From positions 1 through 26,086 of IMG/VR virus record IMGVR_UViG_3300037721_000072: 26,086 bases of DNA. The stretch is one strand, 5' to 3'. Numbering within the stretch: position 1 is the stretch's first letter; each line of letters begins with the position of its first letter. Positions 7,150 through 15,173 of this stretch are shown piece after piece. The stretch is from a virus (Duplodnaviria > Caudoviricetes). The notes under the pieces are model-generated. The model did no database searches, was not told where the DNA came from, and saw only the letters and a list, made by a program, of their open reading frames with translations. A program made the position numbers and the translations under genes.

Positions 7150-8018
7150 GACCACCTCGCCAGCAAGTAGTTGCAGACACGTGTCCGTGCGGCCGCGTCG
7201 TGCTCCGTGCTGAAGAGCAGAACCTCTCCCACTTGAGACCCGGTATTCGGAGTGTCAGGCGTCGAGTCTGGGCGGCAGAAGAGCGCAAGCCGGTTCGGAC
7301 CGGTTCCGGGCACATACGACGGGTCCAGGGTCGCGTTGTTTGGGTCGTCAGCCGCATTGCTGAGCGAGTGCTTCACCCCCACGCCGGGAGAGTGCCAGCA
7401 GCTCACTACCATGTTTGTGCTCACAGCACCGGTGCTGCGAACGGTCAGCACCGTGGCGGGCGCCGTCTGAGCGTACTCGTACTGAGACACACCGACGCGC
7501 CGTCCCCACGTTCGAGTGGACGCGCTTGCGACGCCAGAGTTGCCGACGCCGACAAGGACGCCGCCGCCGGTCGCCGTGTCCGCCTTCTCGAGCACGTAGA
7601 TGGTGTAAGGCTTCGATGCGTTCGGACAATCGAGAGGTCCAACTGCTGCCGCCTCGGTCGTCAGGAAGTAGTGAGCGATGGTGGTGGGATGGAGTACCGG
7701 TTTCCCATTGAGCCCCGTCGCCTCGTATGGACAACTCGACGCTGCCGGCATCGCCACGCCGCTGACCTTGTTGTTGAAGGTCGTCACGGAGGTGCCGCCG
7801 CTCACCGTGTACGAGGCAGCGTCAAGCATATCGAGCCAGAATACGCCGCCGCCTTCACTTAGTGGTGAATACGAGCTGAAACTAATCACCGAGTCCACAA
7901 CGATACGTTGTGAAATTACGATTTGACTTAGACCAGACGGGTACCCGCCGTAACTGGAACCTGGCTCTGGGTGCCTCCCGAGCTGGCTACCAATGGTAGG
8001 ATACCCCCGCGTCGGCAT
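7146..8018 (-). CDS. LamG/concanavalin-A-like lectin-fold virion protein
   Basis: FWLD..DA, GLNGKPVL and GEVLLFSTEHDAAARTRVCNYLLARW are typical of phage LamG-like domains. The start MPTRGYP at 8018 has a TGATG overlap. Confidence 0.72.
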   Translation of the reverse strand: MPTRGYPTIGSQLGRHPEPGSSYGGYPSGLSQIVISQRIVVDSVISFSSYSPLSEGGGVFWLDMLDAASYTVSGGTSVTTFNNKVSGVAMPAASSCPYEATGLNGKPVLHPTTIAHYFLTTEAAAVGPLDCPNASKPYTIYVLEKADTATGGGVLVGVGNSGVASASTRTWGRRVGVSQYEYAQTAPATVLTVRSTGAVSTNMVVSCWHSPGVGVKHSLSNAADDPNNATLDPSYVPGTGPNRLALFCRPDSTPDTPNTGSQVGEVLLFSTEHDAAARTRVCNYLLARWS

Positions 8019-8386
8019 CAGACGCTCGGGGCGCGCTCGGGGCTGAGAGCCAGCGAGACAATCCAGGGGCTTTGAGCGGAACCAGTATTCACCCACTCGA
8101 CCTTGAAGTCGTCCATGTGTTCGATCAAAGCGTCGTACAGGTCCTCCTCTGTCGTGGACGCAGCGGAGAACGTGTCCACCAGGACCCAGTTCGCCCCTCG
8201 GTCGTTGGACTTGTACAGGTTCACCGTGCCGGCGGATGAGTGCCTGACACCCAGAACGAAGCGTCTGTACCCGATGCCAGGGGCCATTCGCTTGCCAGGA
8301 AACGCCAAAACGCTCGAGAACAACACGTAAGTGTTGGAATCAGCCCCAGGCGTCGACCCCGTGTAGGTAATTACCGCTGTGTTCAT
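8018..8386 (-). CDS. Small beta-rich virion protein with Asp-box-like motif (SNDRGANW)
   Basis: Coupled at both ends; beta-strand pattern; located among structural genes. Confidence 0.7.
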   Translation of the reverse strand: MNTAVITYTGSTPGADSNTYVLFSSVLAFPGKRMAPGIGYRRFVLGVRHSSAGTVNLYKSNDRGANWVLVDTFSAASTTEEDLYDALIEHMDDFKVEWVNTGSAQSPWIVSLALSPERAPSV

Positions 8387-11382
8387 TTGTTCATGTCCAT
8401 GAGGTTTTTGAGGACCGCCGCCGCGAACTGCGCCTCTTCCTCGGAGATAGTATCACGAGGCTTCTCGTCGCGCTTTGTCGCAATCGACCCAGCCGGACGA
8501 GCTGCTTGTCCGCCCCTTACGTGAAGGGCGCGCCAAGACGGGACGGCCTGCTCTAGGAATCGGTCGATGACATCCGACGCTTCCTTGGTGGCCTCCATCT
8601 TAGGCAACCCACCGGAGACGCTGTTGAGGGTGGGCACGGCTCGGAGGGTGTTGTTCATCTTCACGTAAGTCCCTCCGCCGCTGCCGATACCGGAGATTGC
8701 CCTCCCTAGGTATTGCTTCCAGTTTTGGGCGTCACGGAGGCGCTGGATATTACGGATAGCCTCCTCATTGTCGAGACCGGACCTCCTGGCAAGTCCAAGA
8801 ATCTTCTCGCTAACGATTGCATTCTTGGGGTCAGCGGTCCCCAGGATGCGACCTTTGAAACCATCGTAATCTTCCGCCCGGATTCTAACCTGCGGCTCGG
8901 TGCCTTCAGCCATGGCTGACACCTCGTCGCCAGTGGGCCCACGGGTACCATCGGTGAGCTTGATGCGGAGGATTCCGTCCTTATCGCGGTAGGAATCGGT
9001 GACCTTGAACGAGCGCCCCGTGGGTATGGCGACTTCATCGAAGGTGTTAAGACCAGGGACGTTTTCCAGGTCCAATCCCGATGAACCCTCGATGCTAAAG
9101 AGCACAGGCTCTCCCTTGGAGCCTTTCTTGGAAAAAGCGGCTGCGTGGTTCTCGTCTTTTGACGTGGACCACAGATGATCGCTTTTGGTTTTCCCTGAAG
9201 CGATGAGTCGTTGGATTTCCTCCGGTGGCATCCGCGCACCGCGGAACACCGTCCCCTGGTACCCAAGACCTTTGTCGACTGCCTCGGCGATGGCCTTGTT
9301 CGCGGCGTACTGCGCCTGTGTAGCGCTAGCAGTGCGGTTCGTGTCCTTTGGTCTAGAAAAGTCACTGCGTTCGACATCGGAAGCCACTGCACGCTCCGTG
9401 TTGAAATACTCCTGTACCTTGGGGAGGCTGGGGTGAGATTCGAAGAACTTCACAGCCTCGGATGGCCCAGGCCCACCAATGCGCACAGGCGCTGGCTCTA
9501 GCCGAGGCGGGAGCCCCATTTGTCGGTTGTCGAACTCTTGCAGGTCTTGCTCTCGGCTTTGACGTGCCTTCATCCCAGCGTAATCGCTGACGGGTTGCGC
9601 GTTGCCTTCAGTGTCGCGAATAGCGTAGGCGTCCACCCGAGTAGGCTCGTTGAACTGAAGCTCGTCTCGCCCCTTTCGCAGCATCGCCGAGACCTTGTTG
9701 ATGTCAGGGTCTGGTTTCTTGGCATCTTGATTGGCCCAAGAGTCGACCTCCGAGATAACGTCGTCCAATTCCTTGGCCGTGAGGTTACCCTTCTGGCGAA
9801 TCTTCCTGGCGTACCTCTGCAAAGCAGTCCGCTTAGCCTTCGCCTGGGGCGTCATCCCCGGCATGTCGTTGGCGAACTGGATTATCTCTTCGGCCAATGG
9901 GCTGGTGTCTACGGTCGCAGAACCGAGGCGCTCCCTGGCGATGGCGGTCTCTCCCTTTGCCCTGACAGAGGCCGACTCTTGCTCCTTGAGCCTCTGGCTC
10001 AATAGCTTCGGCGCGACTGCGTCAGCTATGCGGCTGTCAGCCGTAGTTCGAGCTGCGGCCGCTTCTCCGGCGAATCTGTCAAGGTCCGGAGGAAGAACCG
10101 GCTCACCGAGCGGCCCCATCTTTACTCCCGAAGCCTGTCCGTGAAGGAGGATATCCTTCGGAGTCCCTCCAGCTATGCCCCTGGCGCCTAGCTTCGCCAG
10201 GCCGCCAAGCGCTTCGCCCCCAGCCCCGAATGCGGCACCATACCCAGCGCCGCGGAGGGCAGCCCCTGGTAATCCCTGAGTTGTTTCGTAAAGCCGCTGC
10301 GCTGCCTCTTCTGCGGTGTCGCCAGCGTCCAAAGCATCAGCGGTGAACCTGGCTATCTCCCGCAGAGAGGCGTCCGTTGCGCCGGTAGCGGCAGCCGACG
10401 TGATCCCCTTGACGGCTCCAGAGATGCCCTTGGAGCCTAGACCCGCTTTGCCCAAAGCCTTGGCGGCGGTCGTGGCGATTCTTGACGGTAACCCCGTGGG
10501 AGTCAGCGTCCCGACAATTTCGCCACCCATTGCAGCGTTGGGATTCCTGGAAACGCTACGCCCCTCCTCCTCGTTCTCTGTGGGGAGAGATAGACCGCCT
10601 GTCATGCCTCGGACGGCGCCAGTGGCGGCAGCTACGGATGGGTCCAGTGCCTTCGCTTGAAACTTGTCAACGTCGCCCATCTCCTTGGTATGGTCAACCC
10701 GGGAGATGGCGTAGCCGTTCTTCATAGCGTCGGCCAGGGCATGTTTCCATGAGGCATCCTGGAAAGCTCTGAACGTAGTGGAATCCTCAAGTTCCTTGTC
10801 AGGCAATCTCGACAAGTCCTCAACGAGGTTGAATTCCTTCTTGAGCCTGCGGGCGATGTTACCGTCGGCCATTGCTGACCGGAACTCGGCCACCGATGGC
10901 TCGTAGAAGTAATGCCTCTGGAGCGCAGTAGGCATGAACGCCAACGGGTTGGCCAACGACAGCTTCGGCTTCGGTGGCACGTAGTCCGGAGGGTCGTTGA
11001 ATATCTTCAGCTTCGAAGCATTCGGGAGCGAGTCGTCCTTGGTCGCCTGGCGCACCTGCTCAATTACCTGGGTACGCTTGGGGTCTACGGCCAGGTTCTG
11101 AATAACGTTAGGCTGTGAGAGATCTATGCTATAGCCGGCCTTAGTGGCCTGGTCGCTAATTCGAGCCGAATCGTCAGCCTCTGTCTGCTGAACGGACGAC
11201 TCGTTTTGGAGCTTATCGAATGCGGTTCCTGGCCCGATACCCTCAACTAGGGTTGCCTTTTGCGGCATGGCGAGAGATTCCCACCGACGCATGGCGTTAG
11301 TGAGCTTCTTTGGGTCTTTAGCCTGGCCACTTTGAAGCAGCCCCTGAGCTTGGTCATACTGTTCCTGGGATGTGATGGGCAT
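8383..11382 (-). CDS. Large internal virion/ejection protein with embedded ADP-ribosyltransferase (R-S-E) domain
   Basis: 999 aa with a G/A-rich helical mid-region typical of podovirus ejection proteins. ART motifs YQGTVFRG, WSTSKD...A.AF, VLFSI and FDEVAIPTGRSFKV at about 8950-9265. Confidence 0.8.
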   Translation of the reverse strand: MPITSQEQYDQAQGLLQSGQAKDPKKLTNAMRRWESLAMPQKATLVEGIGPGTAFDKLQNESSVQQTEADDSARISDQATKAGYSIDLSQPNVIQNLAVDPKRTQVIEQVRQATKDDSLPNASKLKIFNDPPDYVPPKPKLSLANPLAFMPTALQRHYFYEPSVAEFRSAMADGNIARRLKKEFNLVEDLSRLPDKELEDSTTFRAFQDASWKHALADAMKNGYAISRVDHTKEMGDVDKFQAKALDPSVAAATGAVRGMTGGLSLPTENEEEGRSVSRNPNAAMGGEIVGTLTPTGLPSRIATTAAKALGKAGLGSKGISGAVKGITSAAATGATDASLREIARFTADALDAGDTAEEAAQRLYETTQGLPGAALRGAGYGAAFGAGGEALGGLAKLGARGIAGGTPKDILLHGQASGVKMGPLGEPVLPPDLDRFAGEAAAARTTADSRIADAVAPKLLSQRLKEQESASVRAKGETAIARERLGSATVDTSPLAEEIIQFANDMPGMTPQAKAKRTALQRYARKIRQKGNLTAKELDDVISEVDSWANQDAKKPDPDINKVSAMLRKGRDELQFNEPTRVDAYAIRDTEGNAQPVSDYAGMKARQSREQDLQEFDNRQMGLPPRLEPAPVRIGGPGPSEAVKFFESHPSLPKVQEYFNTERAVASDVERSDFSRPKDTNRTASATQAQYAANKAIAEAVDKGLGYQGTVFRGARMPPEEIQRLIASGKTKSDHLWSTSKDENHAAAFSKKGSKGEPVLFSIEGSSGLDLENVPGLNTFDEVAIPTGRSFKVTDSYRDKDGILRIKLTDGTRGPTGDEVSAMAEGTEPQVRIRAEDYDGFKGRILGTADPKNAIVSEKILGLARRSGLDNEEAIRNIQRLRDAQNWKQYLGRAISGIGSGGGTYVKMNNTLRAVPTLNSVSGGLPKMEATKEASDVIDRFLEQAVPSWRALHVRGGQAARPAGSIATKRDEKPRDTISEEEAQFAAAVLKNLMDMNK

Positions 11383-12947
11383 CAGTAAAGGTCTTCTTCT
11401 CGGGACTCGACCGGAGTCGAGTCGTCAGACCTGCGGATGGTCTTCCCTAGAGCCGCCTTACGTCGCTGTAAGATAGGCGCATCCACCTTGCCCTCGTTCT
11501 GGGCCGCGTACGCCTCCTCCAGGTCAGCCGCCACCTCTTCCCGGGTAGCTGCGTTGATGCGACGCTGCTCCGCAATGACCATCTTGATCTTGTTGACGAA
11601 GCTCGGGTCAAGAGGGCCACCAGTCCACCTAGAGACCGTGTTCCTCGCGGAGGCAATGACACCGTCGAGCTGATCATAGCGCGCTCGCTCGCGCTCACTT
11701 ACCGTGGCGCCAGACCTCGACTGTACCAGCACGTCGACAGCGTTGCGTTGGAGCGCCGGGTCCGAAGAAGAGGCCAAAGCTTCAGCTTGAGCTAGCAACC
11801 GGTCGCTCTCATTGAGCTTACCTACAGCACCTCGAGCCTCTGTGATGTAGAGCTTGATTGACTCTGCGCGGTCCTCTTTCGGCCCCAGAGCCTGAAACTT
11901 CCCTGGGGTACCCACTCCGCCGCCCCACTTCGGCCTAGTGCCGAGCTTCGTGCGCTCAAGGTTGATAACCCGGTTAGCTTCGCCGTTAAGGTAGTCCATG
12001 CCCAACTTGATGGCATCCTTCGGCGCTACGCCATCGACCTCGATGAGCTTCGAGGCCATCGCCTGGGCGCGCTTAGCCGCTGAACCGATCTCTGGGTTCT
12101 CGTGCTGAAGAAACGGTTCGAATACGCTAGCAACCATCGGTGTCCACCTACCAGACGGGCCGGACGATTCGTAGAGCGTCTTCCCTCCCTTGGACACGAC
12201 AGTGGGCAGTAGCTGGCTAGAAAGCCGCCGCGGTGCTGGCGCGGTTTCCGCCGTTTGTTCCTCTCCAATCTTGAGAGGAGTCGGGTCTTCCTGGTCCAGA
12301 TCGACAACGCCACCCTCAGCAGCCGCCGCTTGCTTGACCTCAGGAGAATCCACGTCGCCCATATCCACAGGCGCCGTATCTTCGCTTTGCTCTGGGAATT
12401 GCTTCTTGAGGTAGGCTTTCATCTCCGGCGTGGTGCCTGGTGCACCGCTGGCCGTTGACTCCATCCTTTCCGGTAACCCGCCAGACTCATCGATGAGCTT
12501 TTGCTCAAATTCCTCCTGTGAAAGCTCAGTCTCTTGAGCCTGCTGACCAGTGAAAGCTTGCAAGTCTGGTCGACTAACGAGCGGACGTTCGCCAGTGAAC
12601 GCGCGCAGGTCTGGAGCTTGCTGCTTGGAGCCCACGTCCATCCCGAAGCGCTTCAGCATCTGCGCTGCTCGAGAAAGGCGCACCGGGTCTCCCTGGTCCT
12701 CGGCGTCCTGGTATTCAGCCAGGAGTGCCTCAACCTGCTTTTGGTCGTCCTGTGAGAACTTCCTGTCCTGGTACGCCTGCTCCATAGAGAGACGCTTGTC
12801 CGCTCGCGTGTTCTGCTGCTCGTTCTCCAGCTTCCGCTGCTTCATCTCCTTGTTCCCCTGAACAACACGCAGCAAATCCTGCGACGTTGCTAGGCCCTCG
12901 AGAGGGCGGTTGTTCATCGGCTGGAGGAATCCGGAGAATGGGTTCAT
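11382..12947 (-). CDS. Internal virion/ejection protein (helical, acidic linker)
   Basis: 521 aa, positioned between ejection-type genes; TGATG coupling to the 999-aa gene. Confidence 0.65.
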   Translation of the reverse strand: MNPFSGFLQPMNNRPLEGLATSQDLLRVVQGNKEMKQRKLENEQQNTRADKRLSMEQAYQDRKFSQDDQKQVEALLAEYQDAEDQGDPVRLSRAAQMLKRFGMDVGSKQQAPDLRAFTGERPLVSRPDLQAFTGQQAQETELSQEEFEQKLIDESGGLPERMESTASGAPGTTPEMKAYLKKQFPEQSEDTAPVDMGDVDSPEVKQAAAAEGGVVDLDQEDPTPLKIGEEQTAETAPAPRRLSSQLLPTVVSKGGKTLYESSGPSGRWTPMVASVFEPFLQHENPEIGSAAKRAQAMASKLIEVDGVAPKDAIKLGMDYLNGEANRVINLERTKLGTRPKWGGGVGTPGKFQALGPKEDRAESIKLYITEARGAVGKLNESDRLLAQAEALASSSDPALQRNAVDVLVQSRSGATVSERERARYDQLDGVIASARNTVSRWTGGPLDPSFVNKIKMVIAEQRRINAATREEVAADLEEAYAAQNEGKVDAPILQRRKAALGKTIRRSDDSTPVESREEDLY

Positions 12948-12949
12948 GG

Positions 12950-13909
12950 TTAGCCGTAAAAGGAGTTGTAGAGACTGGCAGCCGTATTCGCGTATCCGAG
13001 CGTGTCGTTCGCGTTCGTGCGCTCGTTGTTCGCTGCCTGGTTACCAGCAGCTACGCCGCCAGAAGAGGCCTGCTCCATCATGGCAGCGTCGTTGTCCAAG
13101 GCCGGAAGAATGGTGGACTTGTACAGGTCGGCCATCCTGTCACCCATCGACATCTGGTTGTTGAAGTAATCCTGCCCCCGAGTCCGTTGTGCGCCTTGAG
13201 CAGCAAGGGCTGCGTCCATCCCGGCGTTGGTCCGACTCAGCCCAAGCTGAGAAGCGTCCAGGCCGAGTTGCGAAAGCAGCTGTGTCCACTGGCGCTCATT
13301 GTTGGCGTTGTTCAGGGAGTTGGTGTCCGCTTGACCTGCGAGTTGGCCGCCTAAGCTTTGCCATCCTCGCTGTTCCCCCAGGCGCTGGAGGTTGTAGTCG
13401 GCTTCTTTCAGGGCTTGCTGTCCGTCCAGGTCAGTGAACGCCCTGGCAGTCTGGTCGTTGGCGGCGGATGACCCGTACGCGCCCCTGGCCGCCATGGCCT
13501 GATTGATAGACTCGGCGGCCCGGTTCTTGGCGTTGTCGAAGTAGGAACCAAACCCAGGCTCCGAAGAGATACTCGGCATCGCGCCTTGAAACTGGTTGTT
13601 CCAGGCTCCAGAGTTATCTGTCGTTGCCGGCCTGGCTCCTGGGTTCGAGTATTTCCCAACCAAGCCCTGGTTGTTGACCTCGCCAAATGACGGCGCCTGC
13701 CAGACGTTGGAATTGGCGTTGTAGTACGACTCGCCGGCCCCTGGTCCGGATGTGTTGACGCTGGACAGGTGGCTCTGGGCTTGTCCTGGCTGGATCCCGG
13801 GGCCCTGGTTGCCCCAGGATGGTCCGCCGCTCTTCTGGTTTAGCCAACTAGGCGTCGCTGGTTGGTTAGGGGCTGACCAAGTTGAACCGTCACGGATATC
13901 GTTAGGCAT
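12950..13909 (-). CDS. DNA-transfer/ejection protein (N/Q/G/A-rich)
   Basis: INQAMAARGAYGSSAA resembles the AARG...S motif of podovirus DNA-transfer proteins; low-complexity composition. Confidence 0.72.
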   Translation of the reverse strand: MPNDIRDGSTWSAPNQPATPSWLNQKSGGPSWGNQGPGIQPGQAQSHLSSVNTSGPGAGESYYNANSNVWQAPSFGEVNNQGLVGKYSNPGARPATTDNSGAWNNQFQGAMPSISSEPGFGSYFDNAKNRAAESINQAMAARGAYGSSAANDQTARAFTDLDGQQALKEADYNLQRLGEQRGWQSLGGQLAGQADTNSLNNANNERQWTQLLSQLGLDASQLGLSRTNAGMDAALAAQGAQRTRGQDYFNNQMSMGDRMADLYKSTILPALDNDAAMMEQASSGGVAAGNQAANNERTNANDTLGYANTAASLYNSFYG

Positions 13910-14280
13910 CAGATTCTGTTTCCTTTGGCTGGGCCTGTCGTAGTCTGACTACCCCAGCTGCTGGAAGACTCCCGAACTGGCTCTACCCATTGGGGGCCCG
14001 AATCACCGTACTGCCATTGAGCCGCAAATGGCGCGTCCGCAGTGGACTGGTGCTGAAAACGCTTGTACCCGTGTCCGAATCCGGACTGAGGCTCGTAGAC
14101 CTCTTGGTGGGACATGGGTTTGTAGCCGAAGTCTGTCCCTGCATTGGGCAGATAGAGCCCGGGTGGCTGAGGTTGTGGCTGAGGCGAGCGCTTGGGCCCA
14201 CTGCTGCCGCTGTCGAACGCCCCGGTGACGTTCAGTGGGTCGAAGACGGCCCTTCCGATCCCTCCGAGTACGCCGCCCAT
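13909..14280 (-). CDS. Small G/P/Q/S-rich putative ejection protein
   Basis: TAATG and TGATG coupling, GGAGG/AAGG upstream; starts MGGVLGGIG. Confidence 0.7.
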   Translation of the reverse strand: MGGVLGGIGRAVFDPLNVTGAFDSGSSGPKRSPQPQPQPPGLYLPNAGTDFGYKPMSHQEVYEPQSGFGHGYKRFQHQSTADAPFAAQWQYGDSGPQWVEPVRESSSSWGSQTTTGPAKGNRI

Positions 14281-14597
14281 TACCTTCGGCCGCCTCCGCC
14301 GATGCCGAAGCCGGTTGCACTCATGGGTGACTTGCCGAAGTCCTGAGGAACACCGGACACGCCGCTCTGTTGCTGACCCGGGCCCATGAACTGCATACCA
14401 GGGGGCATCTGTTGACCAGGCTGCCCGGCGCCCTGACCTTGCTGAGGCTCGCCGCCGGTGATGCCGAGCATCTTGCCTACGCCAAGCGGGTCAGGCAGGC
14501 CGCCGAGTAGATTCTGGAGGAATCCCCCACCGCCCCCTTCGCCGCCGCCGCCGAATAGACCGCCGCCGCCGCCACCGCCGCCTAGGATATTACCCAT
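14280..14597 (-). CDS. Small Gly/Gln-rich putative ejection protein
   Basis: ATG 14597 (MGNILGGGG) with GAGG SD, overlapping the previous TAA. Confidence 0.72.
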   Translation of the reverse strand: MGNILGGGGGGGGLFGGGGEGGGGGFLQNLLGGLPDPLGVGKMLGITGGEPQQGQGAGQPGQQMPPGMQFMGPGQQQSGVSGVPQDFGKSPMSATGFGIGGGGRR

Positions 14598-14814
14598 GGG
14601 AACCTCGAGTGCCTCCCCCAATGGGGAATTGTGAGAATGGATTGGTTTGAGCCGTTGGATACGAATGTTGAATCGGCGAGTCGTATTTCTCTTGGTTTGA
14701 TGAGAAGACCTCTCCGAGCGAAGGGGGCGGTGGCAACTGTTGCGCTGGCGCCGGCTGCTTTTCGTCGCCCTTCAGAAGCTGCATGGCTACCGGGATAAGA
14801 GCTGCCCATGCCAT
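14590..14814 (-). CDS. Small Pro/Gln-rich putative ejection protein with hydrophobic N-terminus
   Basis: GGAGG SD, TGATG overlap; MAWAALIPVAMQLL. Confidence 0.7.
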   Translation of the reverse strand: MAWAALIPVAMQLLKGDEKQPAPAQQLPPPPSLGEVFSSNQEKYDSPIQHSYPTAQTNPFSQFPIGGGTRGSHG

Positions 14815-15173
14815 CAGCGCCTCCCGAAAATACCCAGCGGGTCTATTGGGTTAAAACCCATCATGCCTTGGGGCCGCGCCTGCTGTGGCTGAATGGGCTG
14901 CTGAGGCAAATCGTGACCCATCATCCTCTGCGGCGCTCTCGTGAGACCTCCGACCCCAGGAGCCTTGGCGTTCGGGTCACCCCAGAGCGTTTCCAGAGCG
15001 TTGTTTCCTCCCTGGAAAGCTGATGTCATGTTGTTGAGCGCATTTAGCCGCGCTTGCATTGCCTCAGGCCGGTACGCTTGGAGGTCCTCTCGGGACGCCT
15101 TGAGGGCCTGCATCTGTTGCTGCTGGCCGGCCGATTCGCCGCCGCCCAGGATGCCGCTAATTAGTCCGCCCAT
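14814..15173 (-). CDS. Small Gln/Gly-rich putative ejection protein (P22 gp7-like position)
   Basis: ATG 15173 in a TAATG overlap with the gp10-like stop; MGGLISGILGGG. Confidence 0.72.
   Translation of the reverse strand: MGGLISGILGGGESAGQQQQMQALKASREDLQAYRPEAMQARLNALNNMTSAFQGGNNALETLWGDPNAKAPGVGGLTRAPQRMMGHDLPQQPIQPQQARPQGMMGFNPIDPLGIFGRR

Noticed and set aside
8018-8386. Immunity protein for the ART domain
   Set aside because: Although immediately downstream, it looks like a beta-rich structural protein and has no macrodomain or ADP-ribosylglycohydrolase motifs
14521-14582. CCG/GGC trinucleotide tandem repeats
   Set aside because: These simply encode the poly-Gly tract of the small protein; they are not a CRISPR array or a separate repeat element
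14280-14830. Shared C-terminal GRR ending of two small ejection proteins as a sorting signal
   Set aside because: Largely explained by the overlapping G-rich Shine-Dalgarno of the next gene
13909-15173. N-terminal MG as a myristoylation signal (eukaryotic virus)
   Set aside because: SD sequences, gene overlaps, sigma70-like promoters and an endolysin indicate a bacterial host
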